Shown: positions 9,788-19,124 of the stretch, one piece after another
How positions within the stretch are numbered: position 1 is the stretch's first letter
Layout: each line of letters starts with the position of its first letter
Source: a virus
IMG/VR virus record: IMGVR_UViG_3300032242_000488
Coordinates: 64,001 to 128,000 of that record
DNA length: 64,000 bases
Reading direction: 5' to 3' (one strand)
The notes under the pieces: model-generated
The model's input: the letters and a program-made list of their open reading frames with translations, nothing else
Databases searched by the model: none
What the model was told of the DNA's origin: nothing
Program-made: the position numbers and the translations under genes

Positions 9788-10543
9788 CTATTCGTCACCG
9801 TATAAAGATAATACCTCCTTGACCGCTTCGTGTCGCTCGATATCTTTCATACCAAACTGGCACACGCTCAATAAATCTAACTGTTTACCATGTAATCGCT
9901 CGCAGAAATCAATCAAGCCATTGTCATTTAAACGATCAGCTTGACGCAAATCTCCAGTTACGACCATTTTAGAACCTTCACCCAGTCTCGTTAGCAACAT
10001 CTTCATTTGATTTGGCGTAGCATTTTGCATTTCGTCTGCAATAATGTATGCGTTCTTGAAGGTGCGACCTCTCATATATGCTAACGGGCTTATTTCAATT
10101 ACTCCCTCACGGATCATGTTCTCGATATCCCTAGCGTAATAGTACTCTGCTAACACATCCATAATAGGGCGTGTCCAAGGAGCCATTTTTTGCTCAAGGG
10201 TTCCGGGAAGAAAACCGTGATCTTCATCAACAGAAACTGCCGGGCGTGTTACCACGATTTTATCTACCAACCCTTCTTTGAAGAGTTTGATACCGACTTG
10301 ACACGCAATCAATGTTTTTCCTGTGCCAGCGGGGCCCAGTGCGAAAACTATGTTTTTCGATGGGTCTAATAGTTGTAGTAGATATTCTTCTTGACTTCGG
10401 TTACGTGGGACTACGTGAACGCTACGTTTTTTCTGTGGAAGATTTTGTGAAAGTGTGTGTTGAAAGGGTTGAAACTCAATCACGTTTGCACGTGGATCGT
10501 TAAATCCGTCGTTAAAACGCTTTTTGGCTCTTTTTGTCGTCAT
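9788..10543 (-). CDS. phoH: PhoH-like ATPase
   Basis: GPAGTGKT, 'GFLPG', 'AYMRGRTF', 'DEMQN', 'LTRLG', 'GD.RQ.D'; start at MTTKRAK after an AGGAG SD. Confidence 0.92.
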   Translation of the reverse strand: MTTKRAKKRFNDGFNDPRANVIEFQPFQHTLSQNLPQKKRSVHVVPRNRSQEEYLLQLLDPSKNIVFALGPAGTGKTLIACQVGIKLFKEGLVDKIVVTRPAVSVDEDHGFLPGTLEQKMAPWTRPIMDVLAEYYYARDIENMIREGVIEISPLAYMRGRTFKNAYIIADEMQNATPNQMKMLLTRLGEGSKMVVTGDLRQADRLNDNGLIDFCERLHGKQLDLLSVCQFGMKDIERHEAVKEVLSLYGDE

Positions 10544-10672
10544 TAACTGCTCTCCTTTTTGAGGCTGTAGGACGTCATTGTCACAACTCTTTGTAGGACA
10601 ACTGAGAGGTCCTACACTCATATTTACAGAGTTACAGAAAAACAGAACTGATACTATATCAAAACAGTCAAG

Positions 10673-10679
10673 ATAAATA
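10673..10679 (+). promoter_or_regulatory. T4-like late promoter (ATAAATA); a divergent TAAATA at 10621-10626 on the minus strand precedes phoH
   Basis: Motif in the divergent intergenic region. Confidence 0.55.
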
Positions 10680-10702
10680 CATTGACAAAGGATCACTTGA
10701 AC

Positions 10703-11266
10703 ATGGCAGATATTTTAGACATTATCGAGAACATTAGCACCATCTACGAAAGCAACAGTAGCTTGGCTATTCTCAAAGACTACGAACGTGTATTTGACGA
10801 GTTAGATCTCTACGTGTTTGAAAACTGGCAGGACGGTGAACTTATATCAGGACCGCAAGTGGAACGCCATTGGGTAACTTGCAGTTTCATGTGGCCTAAA
10901 GATAAGATGCCAGATCCAGAAGCAGGCAAACGTTTATCAGAATACGGCTGTAGTGTCAAGTACAAGAAAGACACATTAGTCAAACCTAGAAAAATCAAAA
11001 AACCAGAAGACATCCGTCCTGGTACTAAAAAAGGCAAACTTGACGAGCACCCAATATGGGTTGTTGAGGTTACCATGCCAAAGAAGTTGATGTTAGATAT
11101 ATTCCGTGGGTACCACAATCAACTAATGGACGATCTAGGTATCGATAAAAATGTATCTGCTCCAGAACTACAAGCACCTCCAGCAGGTGAAGCAGTACAG
11201 CAACAAGAAACACCGGCCGCACCAGGAACAGCGGCACCAGAGGGAGCACCTAATGCAACTCAATGA
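10703..11266 (+). CDS. Hypothetical phage protein
   Basis: Long ORF, Pro/Ala-rich tail; start reassigned to ATG 10703. Confidence 0.7.
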   Translation: MADILDIIENISTIYESNSSLAILKDYERVFDELDLYVFENWQDGELISGPQVERHWVTCSFMWPKDKMPDPEAGKRLSEYGCSVKYKKDTLVKPRKIKKPEDIRPGTKKGKLDEHPIWVVEVTMPKKLMLDIFRGYHNQLMDDLGIDKNVSAPELQAPPAGEAVQQQETPAAPGTAAPEGAPNATQ

Positions 11267-11981
11267 AGATAGCTTACAAGCAGGCGACCTACGCAATCTA
11301 GTACATCATGTATTTGAAGTAGACAGCTATCGCTCAAAAATGGGCAACGATAAAGATGTAGTAGTATTAAGTTTTACAGTAGAAAGCAAAGACCCCGCAG
11401 ACGACCTAGTTAACTTTATTGAAAAAGGTTATCAGTTTGTACTAGATGCAGATGTAACACCTGGCGAACTAAGTAATGGCAAATACAAAGTGTTTGTTGA
11501 ACTGCAACGTGATCGTCATGTTGCAGAACACATTAGTGATTTATTATACGGTGTTAAAAAACTTACGGGCCTAGAAGAGTTTAAGTTTAGATATTATAAG
11601 AGTTTTGACAGCAAAGATGCTGTTAAAGAAATGTTAGAAGAAGTTATTCCTAATGATCCTAACACATACGAAGAAAGTATTAAAGAACATGCAATGGAAA
11701 GCTACGAGCATTTCTTTGCAAAAGGGCGTTTAGAAAAAGTAGTAATGGAAGGCGATCTATTGCGAGTCAAAAAGATCTATGCTGATCCATTACAGTTTAA
11801 AGTTATTAGAGCAGGAACACCAGCAGGTATATTAGAATCCATCGAAGAAAAGATTAATGTCAACGAATGGGCAGAGGTTATCTTTTTAACTAAGTACTTT
11901 GGGGACTTTAATATTACCAAGTTTGGTAACAAACTCATGTTTGAAGATAATGGACATGCAGTACTAATGGAGAGATTATAA
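11253..11981 (+). CDS. Hypothetical phage protein
   Basis: GGGAG SD before ATG 11253 (MQLNE...). Confidence 0.7.
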   Translation: MQLNEDSLQAGDLRNLVHHVFEVDSYRSKMGNDKDVVVLSFTVESKDPADDLVNFIEKGYQFVLDADVTPGELSNGKYKVFVELQRDRHVAEHISDLLYGVKKLTGLEEFKFRYYKSFDSKDAVKEMLEEVIPNDPNTYEESIKEHAMESYEHFFAKGRLEKVVMEGDLLRVKKIYADPLQFKVIRAGTPAGILESIEEKINVNEWAEVIFLTKYFGDFNITKFGNKLMFEDNGHAVLMERL

Positions 11982-12619
11982 TGAGCGAATTTACATTTCA
12001 GTTTACACAAGATCAGTTAGCACAAGTTATTCCAGGTAATCCATATATGGATCACTGGTTTAAGGCCTTATGCGAAATTTTACCAGACTATGAAATCAGT
12101 ACACCACAACGTGTTGCCGCATTTCTAGCACAGACAGCACACGAGTCAGGCGGCTATCGTGCTATTAAAGAAAACTTAAACTATAAGGCACCGACACTAC
12201 GTAAGATTTTCCCTAAGTATTTCCCGACAGACGAGATTGCTAATCAGTATGCTAACTTGCCAAACAAGCAAGAAGCTATTGCTAATCGTGTATACGGCGG
12301 ACGTATGGGTAACGGTCCAGAAGAGTCGGGTGATGGTTACAGATATTGCGGACGTGGACTTATTCAATTGACCGGTAAAGATAACTATACTCGCTATGCA
12401 CAAAGTCTTGAGATTAGCGTAGAAGAAGCTAGTGAGCACCTAACAACATTTGAAGGTTGTGTACAATCAGCGGCTTGGTTCTGGGAAGCTAACAACCTAA
12501 ACCAGTGGGCAGACAAGGGCGACATCTTAACACTAACAAAACGTATCAATGGCGGTACCATTGGACTAGAAGATCGTATCAAGCATTACAATCACGCTCT
12601 CCATGTCCTAGGAGCATAA
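11981..12619 (+). CDS. Glycoside hydrolase family 19 endolysin
   Basis: 'AFLAQTAHESGG', 'ENLNY', 'GRGLIQLTG..NY', 'INGG.IGL.DR'. Confidence 0.9.
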   Translation: MSEFTFQFTQDQLAQVIPGNPYMDHWFKALCEILPDYEISTPQRVAAFLAQTAHESGGYRAIKENLNYKAPTLRKIFPKYFPTDEIANQYANLPNKQEAIANRVYGGRMGNGPEESGDGYRYCGRGLIQLTGKDNYTRYAQSLEISVEEASEHLTTFEGCVQSAAWFWEANNLNQWADKGDILTLTKRINGGTIGLEDRIKHYNHALHVLGA

Positions 12620-12620
12620 T

Positions 12621-13085
12621 ATGTGGATGCTTGCGTGGGTACCAGATAGTGTTTTACTCTTAGCGGTTCATGCAGTGCTTGTTGCTGGAGCTATCGGCAC
12701 GTTTTTAAGTTTTTTCTTGTTACACAGGATTGTAAACTGGTTCCCAGCATTAGCACCGTGGCATTTACTATTACAGATTATTAGTATAGCATTGCTAGTA
12801 GGTGGTGTTTACTTTAAAGGCGGATATGATACTGAAGCTAGTTGGAGAGCTCGAGTTAAAGAAGCTGAGGATAAAGTAGCTGTAGTAGAAGAACAGAGTA
12901 AAGAACTTAATGCCAAGTTAGAAGCTAAGATTAAAGAAAAGCAAAAAGTGCGTGTTGAGTATTATGCAACTGTTAAAGAGCGTATCAAAGAAGTTGAAAA
13001 ACTTATCGACAGTAAATGCGAGCTAGACCCAAAGGTCAACGAGCTACATAACAAAGCCGCAACTAATCCGGAGAAAGCAAAATGA
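12621..13085 (+). CDS. Putative inner-membrane spanin (Rz-like)
   Basis: N-terminal TM helices then coiled coil with a C-terminal Cys; follows the endolysin. Confidence 0.6.
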   Translation: MWMLAWVPDSVLLLAVHAVLVAGAIGTFLSFFLLHRIVNWFPALAPWHLLLQIISIALLVGGVYFKGGYDTEASWRARVKEAEDKVAVVEEQSKELNAKLEAKIKEKQKVRVEYYATVKERIKEVEKLIDSKCELDPKVNELHNKAATNPEKAK

Positions 13086-13351
13086 AACGACTATTATTGC
13101 TAATCCCTGTAGTTATGTTAACAGGGTGCTTGGCAACAGCACCTGTAGTTCCAAACTGGCCTGAAGTGCCTAAAGATTTGCTAGAAGCTTGCCCTGATTT
13201 AAAAACAGTAGATCCTGCAAACGATAAACTTAGCGCAGTACTTGATACTGTAGCAGAAAACTACGGCGAGTATTACGGATGTAAGGCTAAAGTAGATGAT
13301 TGGATTAACTGGTACAGTGGCCAGCAAAAACTTTGGAAAACACTTAAATAA
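13082..13351 (+). CDS. Putative outer-membrane spanin lipoprotein (Rz1-like)
   Basis: Lipobox LTGC; Pro-rich 'P..P..LL..CP.L'; overlaps the i-spanin end. Confidence 0.7.
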   Translation: MKRLLLLIPVVMLTGCLATAPVVPNWPEVPKDLLEACPDLKTVDPANDKLSAVLDTVAENYGEYYGCKAKVDDWINWYSGQQKLWKTLK

Positions 13352-13374
13352 AGTAGTAGATTAAGGAGCGAGCG

Positions 13375-13689
13375 ATGTCAACACACAACGACATAAAATT
13401 AGTAAAATGGTTATTTCTATTATTGTTATTACCATTGTGCCTAGCATACTTTAGCGGAGATCGTTTTCGCTATCCTTGCCAGGACCCAAAAAACTGGGAC
13501 AAAGATTTTTGTAAAATGCCAATATGTGATGTTACAAGAACTTGCCCCGAACATATTTTTAAAGGTCAACGCGACCCTAGACTAGGACCCCCAAAAGATG
13601 GACAAACTCAAACACCTACTCAAACATTTACGCCAACTCCCTCAGCGAGTTTTGGCCCTACTGCACAAGGAGCAAACTGTGGAAAATAA
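13375..13689 (+). CDS. Membrane-anchored Cys-containing protein
   Basis: N-terminal TM; 'RYPCQDP.NW...C..P.C.....CPE'. Confidence 0.6.
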   Translation: MSTHNDIKLVKWLFLLLLLPLCLAYFSGDRFRYPCQDPKNWDKDFCKMPICDVTRTCPEHIFKGQRDPRLGPPKDGQTQTPTQTFTPTPSASFGPTAQGANCGK

Positions 13690-14287
13690 TCAAACACCCC
13701 TAATGTATACCGAAGAGCAACTAATGGCTCGACTAAAATTCTTTATTGGCATTTGTCTATCATTGACATTGTTTGGTATTGTATTTGTTGTGTTATATTC
13801 TTTGATCTTTGTAACACAACCACTTAATGCTATCAGTCCAATTGACTCTAAGTTTTTTGAATTAATTATTCCTATTGCTACATTCTTAACAGGTACATTA
13901 TCTGGTATTATGTTAGCAAGCCCTGGCGATAAAGAAGCACAGAAACAGGCACTGACAGCGGCTAATGCAGGATGGTCACGTCCGCCTAGCCCAACACCAA
14001 CAGCACCATCAGGAGGATTTGGAAGTGGCGCAACAGCATCAACAACAGGATTTGGCGGCGGGGCTCCAGCATTTGGCGCACCTTCAACAGGAGGCTTCGG
14101 TGCCCCCAGCACAGGTTTTGGTTCAGCACCGCTTGGCGGCAACACCGCAAGTAGCTTTGGCGGAAGCGGGTTTGGAGGCGCACCTTCAACAGCAGTTGCT
14201 CCGGTACCAAGCTGGGGAACAACACCAGTAGCAATGACAGCAGGTGGTAAGGCTATTGTACCAGATATGCCACAACCAGAACTATAA
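13679..14287 (+). CDS. Two-TM membrane protein with an FG-repeat low-complexity tail
   Basis: AGGAG SD before GTG 13679; two hydrophobic helices then a G/S/A/P/T-rich tail with 7 FG dipeptides. Confidence 0.65.
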   Translation: MENNQTPLMYTEEQLMARLKFFIGICLSLTLFGIVFVVLYSLIFVTQPLNAISPIDSKFFELIIPIATFLTGTLSGIMLASPGDKEAQKQALTAANAGWSRPPSPTPTAPSGGFGSGATASTTGFGGGAPAFGAPSTGGFGAPSTGFGSAPLGGNTASSFGGSGFGGAPSTAVAPVPSWGTTPVAMTAGGKAIVPDMPQPEL

Positions 14288-14306
14288 TCATTTTAAGGAG
14301 CGATAT

Positions 14307-14450
14307 ATGTTAGAAACATTATTTTATATTTTTGTAGGAGCATTCATTGGGTGGAATTTTCCACAACCTGAATTTGCAAAAAATATACAAGCCAAGTATT
14401 TGCAAAAGTACATTGACAAGTTAAAAGTTATTTTATTCTTTTGGAAATAA
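14307..14450 (+). CDS. Small membrane protein
   Basis: AAGGAG SD; 'LFYIFVGAFIGWNFPQP'. Confidence 0.55.
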   Translation: MLETLFYIFVGAFIGWNFPQPEFAKNIQAKYLQKYIDKLKVILFFWK

Positions 14451-14452
14451 CT

Positions 14453-14665
14453 ATGAACTGGCTGCAAAGTATGTTATCAGATGGGGCTAATAACTCCATC
14501 TCTAGTAAAAGAGTAATCACAGTATTAGCATTTTTGCTATGCGGTGTAGGATATCTTGCTAGTATGTACGGAGTTCATGTAGACAATAAGCTATATGATT
14601 CTATGATGTACATAGTAGTTGCAGGATTAGGTTTTACAGCAAGCGAAAAGTTTGCATCAAAATAA
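14453..14665 (+). CDS. Small two-TM protein (holin candidate)
   Basis: Two TM helices, 'SSKRV', near the lysis genes. Confidence 0.5.
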   Translation: MNWLQSMLSDGANNSISSKRVITVLAFLLCGVGYLASMYGVHVDNKLYDSMMYIVVAGLGFTASEKFASK

Positions 14666-14675
14666 GGAAAATAAA

Positions 14676-14906
14676 ATGAAAAAATTATTAGCAATTGTAT
14701 ATCTAGTAGGAATCTACTCAGTATGCCTTGTAGCTACTACAAATATGGCCTATGCTGAAGCAGTAGTTAAAGAAGTTTGCACACCAAAAGTAGACAAAGC
14801 CGGCAAACCAGTTTTGGATAAAGCAGGTAAGCAAGCTGAAGATTGCAAGAAAATTAAAACCCATAAAAAGGTAGAAGGCGATAAAGTTCCAGACGGCAAG
14901 AAGTAA
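14676..14906 (+). CDS. Small exported Lys-rich protein
   Basis: Signal peptide ending AYA; two Cys. Confidence 0.55.
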   Translation: MKKLLAIVYLVGIYSVCLVATTNMAYAEAVVKEVCTPKVDKAGKPVLDKAGKQAEDCKKIKTHKKVEGDKVPDGKK

Positions 14907-14914
14907 AATTCTTC

Positions 14915-14943
14915 TTGACATAAGTAAAAAGGTATAGTATAAT
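14915..14943 (+). promoter_or_regulatory. Sigma70-type promoter TTGACA-N17-TATAAT overlapping a terminator-like hairpin
   Basis: Perfect consensus; -10 lies within AAAAAGGTATAGTA-TAATCAT-TACTATGCCTTTTT. Confidence 0.75.
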
Positions 14944-14978
14944 CATTACTATGCCTTTTTTCACCAATAAAATAAAAT

Positions 14979-15809
14979 ATGGACTATTATAATGTATTAG
15001 GCGTTCCTAGAGGTGCTAGCTCCGAGGACATTAAGAAAGCCTATAGAAAACTAGCCGCAGTCCACCATCCAGATCGTGGTGGTGATACCTCACAGTTTCA
15101 AAAACTACAAGAAGCATACGCAACACTCAGTGACGATCAAAAACGTGCCGAGTACGATAATCCGCAACCACAATTTGGTGGGCCAGGAGGATTCCACTTC
15201 CATACAGGAAATATGAATGACATATTTGGTAATATGTTTGGTGGACCGTTTGGCGGATTCCAACAACGTGGAATGATGCGTAAAAATAAATCTATCAACA
15301 TCACTGTACAGATGACTCTCAAAGATATCCTGCATGGTAAAGATATTGTTGGTAGCATCCGTTTACCGTCTGGTAGAGAACAAGCAATCCAACTTAAAAT
15401 CCCTAAGGGTGTTGCTATGGGAGATAGTATTCGATTCCACGAAATGGGCGACGATACTCATCCGCAACTACCTCGAGGCGACCTAATTGCTATTATTGAA
15501 GAAGTACCGCATCCACAGTTTGAGCGTAGAGGTCCGGACTTGTACACAACTGCACCGATATCAGTATTTGATACAATGCTAGGAACTTCTATTAAAATTC
15601 AAACTATAGATGATTCTACATTAGACATCACAGTTCCAGCAGGGATTAATCCAGGTACTACAATGTGCTGTCATCAATACGGGTTGCCAATTGGCATGCA
15701 CGAACATCGTCGAGGAAACTTATATGTTAAGATCGATGTTGTTGTTCCAAAAAATGTGGATTACCAAGATGCTGAAATTTTAAAGCAATTAAAAGCCAAG
15801 TACGGTTGA
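14979..15809 (+). CDS. dnaJ: DnaJ/CbpA-type co-chaperone
   Basis: J-domain with HPD, G/F region, C-terminal domain, no zinc finger. Confidence 0.9.
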   Translation: MDYYNVLGVPRGASSEDIKKAYRKLAAVHHPDRGGDTSQFQKLQEAYATLSDDQKRAEYDNPQPQFGGPGGFHFHTGNMNDIFGNMFGGPFGGFQQRGMMRKNKSINITVQMTLKDILHGKDIVGSIRLPSGREQAIQLKIPKGVAMGDSIRFHEMGDDTHPQLPRGDLIAIIEEVPHPQFERRGPDLYTTAPISVFDTMLGTSIKIQTIDDSTLDITVPAGINPGTTMCCHQYGLPIGMHEHRRGNLYVKIDVVVPKNVDYQDAEILKQLKAKYG

Positions 15810-15833
15810 CAACTGTTTTAATTCGTGTATAAT
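15806..15833 (+). promoter_or_regulatory. Sigma70-type promoter TTGACA-N16-TATAAT
   Basis: Consensus hexamers upstream of clpA. Confidence 0.65.
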
Positions 15834-15860
15834 TAACTTATCATAACCTAAGGAAACGTA

Positions 15861-18113
15861 ATGGTAGAACCAAGTGATCAATTACAAGTAGTATTTGAAA
15901 AAGCAGTTGAAGACTGTAAAAAACTATCGCATGAGTATGTTACTCTAGAGCATTTAGTATATGCTATGCTATGCGAAGAAAAATTCTTTGAACTACTAAG
16001 TAATTTTGGTGCTGATACTACATATATCAAAACCAATTTAGAGCACTATTTGAAAAATAATCTTGACGAGATTAAAATAGAAAATGCTCCAAAAGGATTT
16101 AAACCTAAAAAGACTCAAACAGTCGAACGTGTGCTTAATCGTGCGTTCACACAGGTTCTGTTTAGTGGACGTCAAAGTATTGAACTTGTTGATGTGTTTC
16201 TAAGTATCCTTAGCGAAAAACGTAGCTATGCAGTCTACTATATCAATAAGGGCGGTATTGAACGAGAAAAATTTGCTGACTTTGTTAATAACGAACTCAA
16301 CGAAGAGGAAGAAGATACTGTAGTAGATGCCCAAAGTGAAAAAGCACTTAGAGCATTTACAACTAACCTTAACGATCAAGTCAAGAAAGCCAAGATCGAT
16401 CCTGTGATTGGTCGAGTAGAAGAACTTGAACAAATTGCATTGGGCTTAGGTCGTCGTACTAAAAATAACGTATTGTTAGTAGGTGATCCGGGTGTTGGTA
16501 AGACTGCTATCGCAGAAGGACTTGCATTTAACATCATTCACGGTGCTGTTCCAGAGTTCTTAAAAGAATACACAGTTTATAACTTAGACATTAGTTCTAT
16601 GTTAGCAGGCAGTAAATATCGCGGTGACTTTGAAGAAAGATTTAAACTTGTTCTTAAGGCATTAACTGGTAAAGGTAAAACTATTCTATTCATTGACGAA
16701 GCACACATGATTAGTGGTGCAGGTGCAGGTGGTGGAAATAGCAGTAACGACCTTGCTAACATGATGAAGCCAGCACTGAGCAAGGGCAATATCAAAGTTG
16801 TTGCTTCAACTACTTGGGAAGAATTCCGCAAGTACTTTGAAAAGGATCGTGCCTTGATGCGTCGATTCCAACGTATTACTATCGATGAACCTACTCCAGA
16901 AATGGCCATTGAGATTCTTAAGGGTATCAAGAAGTACTACGAGAAACATCACAATGCTACAATTACAGATACTGCGGTTGAGTCAGCAGTTAAACTAAGT
17001 GTCAAGTATTTACCAGATCGTAAGTTACCAGATAAGGCCATTGATTTGATTGACGTTGCTTGCTCACGTTTTAATATCAAACAAGTTGATAACAGAAATG
17101 TTGATGTAGCTGAAATTCAATTTGAACTTAGTAAAATGGCTAACTTGCCTGAAGAAACTGTCAAGGAAAAAGAAAGCGAAAATCTTGTTAACCTTGAAAA
17201 GAATCTTAAAGGTGAAGTTTACGGACAAGACGAAGCTATTACAGAAGTTGTTGACAAGATCTTTGTTGCACAAGCTGGATTGAAAGCAGAAAACAAGCCT
17301 ATTGGATCATTTGTGTTTATGGGGCCAACTGGTGTTGGTAAAACAGAAGCCGCTAAACAATTGGCTAAACAACTAGGCATCCCAATGATCCGCTTTGATA
17401 TGAGTGAATATCAAGAGAAGCACTCTGTGTCCAAGCTCATTGGATCGCCTCCGGGTTATGTTGGCTTTGAAGAAAATGCTGGCCTATTGATTACTAAACT
17501 ACAAGAGCAACCACATTGTGTTCTATTGCTAGACGAGATTGAAAAGTCACACCCAGATGTGTCAACTATCTTGTTGCAGTTAATGGACAATGGTAAGGTC
17601 ACCGGATCTAATGGTAAAGAAGCTGATTGCCGTAATGTAGTTCTTATTATGACAACTAACTTAGGTGCCGCTGATGCAGATCGAAACGTTATTGGCTTTG
17701 GTAGCCAAGAAAATGACTACGAAGATAAAGAACTTAAGAAGTTCTTTGCTCCAGAGTTCCGTAATCGTTTAGATGGTATTATTACATTCAGCAAGTTAAG
17801 CAAAGAAACAATGATCAAGATCGTTGGCAAGTTCCTAGTTGAACTTAAAACACAGGTTAACGATAAAGGTATTACTGTTACTATCAGTAATGAAGCTATT
17901 GATTACTTGGTTGAAAAAGGCTTTGATAGCAAGATGGGTGCTCGTCCGTTACAACGTGTTATTGACAAAGACGTTAAGCGTCCGTTGTCACGTGAGATGT
18001 TGTTTGGCAGTTTAAAAGATGGTGGCGCTGTTGAAATTGATGTTAATGATGACGGTATTATATTAAAAACTAAACAGAATGTATCAGAAGAAAACTACCA
18101 AGCTATTCTTTAA
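15861..18113 (+). CDS. clpA: ATP-dependent Clp protease ATP-binding subunit ClpA
   Basis: Clp N-domain; two AAA+ modules (GDPGVGKT; GPTGVGKT); 'GSPPGYVG'; no ClpB middle domain. Confidence 0.92.
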   Translation: MVEPSDQLQVVFEKAVEDCKKLSHEYVTLEHLVYAMLCEEKFFELLSNFGADTTYIKTNLEHYLKNNLDEIKIENAPKGFKPKKTQTVERVLNRAFTQVLFSGRQSIELVDVFLSILSEKRSYAVYYINKGGIEREKFADFVNNELNEEEEDTVVDAQSEKALRAFTTNLNDQVKKAKIDPVIGRVEELEQIALGLGRRTKNNVLLVGDPGVGKTAIAEGLAFNIIHGAVPEFLKEYTVYNLDISSMLAGSKYRGDFEERFKLVLKALTGKGKTILFIDEAHMISGAGAGGGNSSNDLANMMKPALSKGNIKVVASTTWEEFRKYFEKDRALMRRFQRITIDEPTPEMAIEILKGIKKYYEKHHNATITDTAVESAVKLSVKYLPDRKLPDKAIDLIDVACSRFNIKQVDNRNVDVAEIQFELSKMANLPEETVKEKESENLVNLEKNLKGEVYGQDEAITEVVDKIFVAQAGLKAENKPIGSFVFMGPTGVGKTEAAKQLAKQLGIPMIRFDMSEYQEKHSVSKLIGSPPGYVGFEENAGLLITKLQEQPHCVLLLDEIEKSHPDVSTILLQLMDNGKVTGSNGKEADCRNVVLIMTTNLGAADADRNVIGFGSQENDYEDKELKKFFAPEFRNRLDGIITFSKLSKETMIKIVGKFLVELKTQVNDKGITVTISNEAIDYLVEKGFDSKMGARPLQRVIDKDVKRPLSREMLFGSLKDGGAVEIDVNDDGIILKTKQNVSEENYQAIL

Positions 18114-18732
18114 CAAATACGTTTATAAGGTAGCAATCCGTACTCCGTTGTCTACGCTGTTTAGAGGTAAAAATCTTCCAAACACTAGACAACAGATTGA
18201 GGTATTGTCTGAACGTTTTGATAACAAGCGTGTATCGTCTACTAGTATAACCAATGGGTGGCGTAGTAGACAACAGGCTACATCAACAGATGTGTTTGTT
18301 GGACTACTATTACTAGACCAATTAGACTCGTTAAGTGATTTTACACTCAGGGTTGAAAATAGTACACTAGGGTTATACTGTAATGATTTAGACTTTATCT
18401 CAAAAGTTACCAATATTGTTGGTATTAATGTAGAAGAAATTGCAGTACCTGAAACCGATGACGTCCGTGACTTTTTGTTGTCAAATCCCAAGTCCATTAT
18501 CCGCGGAGAGTATACACACAAGTATAAAGTAACGGTTAATGCGCTATGGGAATCTGCTGATAACTTTAAAGCATGGGCTGTTAAATTGCCTAAAATTAAG
18601 ACTACTAATAACAAATATCGCTTTGGCGGTCACTTTTATGTAGCAGATGAAAAGACTCTGAGCCTTTGCCACATCTTTTTAGCTGATAAAATACGCAAAG
18701 TAGAACAGCTAGTCACTACAACGGAAATTTAA
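18079..18732 (+). CDS. Hypothetical protein
   Basis: 217-aa ORF overlapping the clpA end. Confidence 0.6.
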   Translation: MYQKKTTKLFFNKYVYKVAIRTPLSTLFRGKNLPNTRQQIEVLSERFDNKRVSSTSITNGWRSRQQATSTDVFVGLLLLDQLDSLSDFTLRVENSTLGLYCNDLDFISKVTNIVGINVEEIAVPETDDVRDFLLSNPKSIIRGEYTHKYKVTVNALWESADNFKAWAVKLPKIKTTNNKYRFGGHFYVADEKTLSLCHIFLADKIRKVEQLVTTTEI

Positions 18733-18749
18733 CCTAACTTCAAAATAGC

Positions 18750-18756
18750 ATAAATA
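18750..18756 (+). promoter_or_regulatory. T4-like late promoter (ATAAATA)
   Basis: Heads the block of leader-bearing proteins. Confidence 0.6.
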
Positions 18757-18779
18757 CTCTATAATAAGGTATCTGTGCT

Positions 18780-19124
18780 ATGAGAATGGATGAAGTTGCA
18801 AACTCAGTGATTAATTTAGAAGAAATAGATCTGCCTGCAGATTTACATTTTTTCATGCATAACGATCACAATTTTTACCGCAAGGTGTTTTTTCCTATGA
18901 TTAGCAAGGTTAAAGCACACATTAAAGCAGGTAATCGTTGCCACGATGGCGTATTCCGTCCTGTAGTTGATACTGCCGCAGAAACATACTGCAAAAAGTT
19001 TAATATTCCCGACAATCACAAGTCTGTATTCACAGATGTTGATCGTGATGAGCTAGCCCGTAAGATTTTTGGTCAAGAAAAAGATCGTATTGAGCAGGGC
19101 GACTATGATGGAGACGACCAATGA
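18780..19124 (+). CDS. Hypothetical protein
   Basis: 114-aa ORF after a late promoter. Confidence 0.65.
   Translation: MRMDEVANSVINLEEIDLPADLHFFMHNDHNFYRKVFFPMISKVKAHIKAGNRCHDGVFRPVVDTAAETYCKKFNIPDNHKSVFTDVDRDELARKIFGQEKDRIEQGDYDGDDQ

Noticed and set aside
10544-10696. N-terminal extension of PhoH in the ORF track (302 aa)
   Set aside because: An AGGAG SD precedes MTTKRAK at 10543; the extension crosses the divergent promoter region.
13690-14234. Antisense and alternate-frame ORFs over the FG-repeat gene (151, 88 and 82 aa)
   Set aside because: Shadows of a low-complexity, GC-richer coding region; no SD or recognisable motifs.
18123-18614. 163-aa minus-strand ORF, and similar ones at 21399, 22367, 34334 and 61182
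   Set aside because: Largely or wholly antisense to well-supported genes in co-directional operons.
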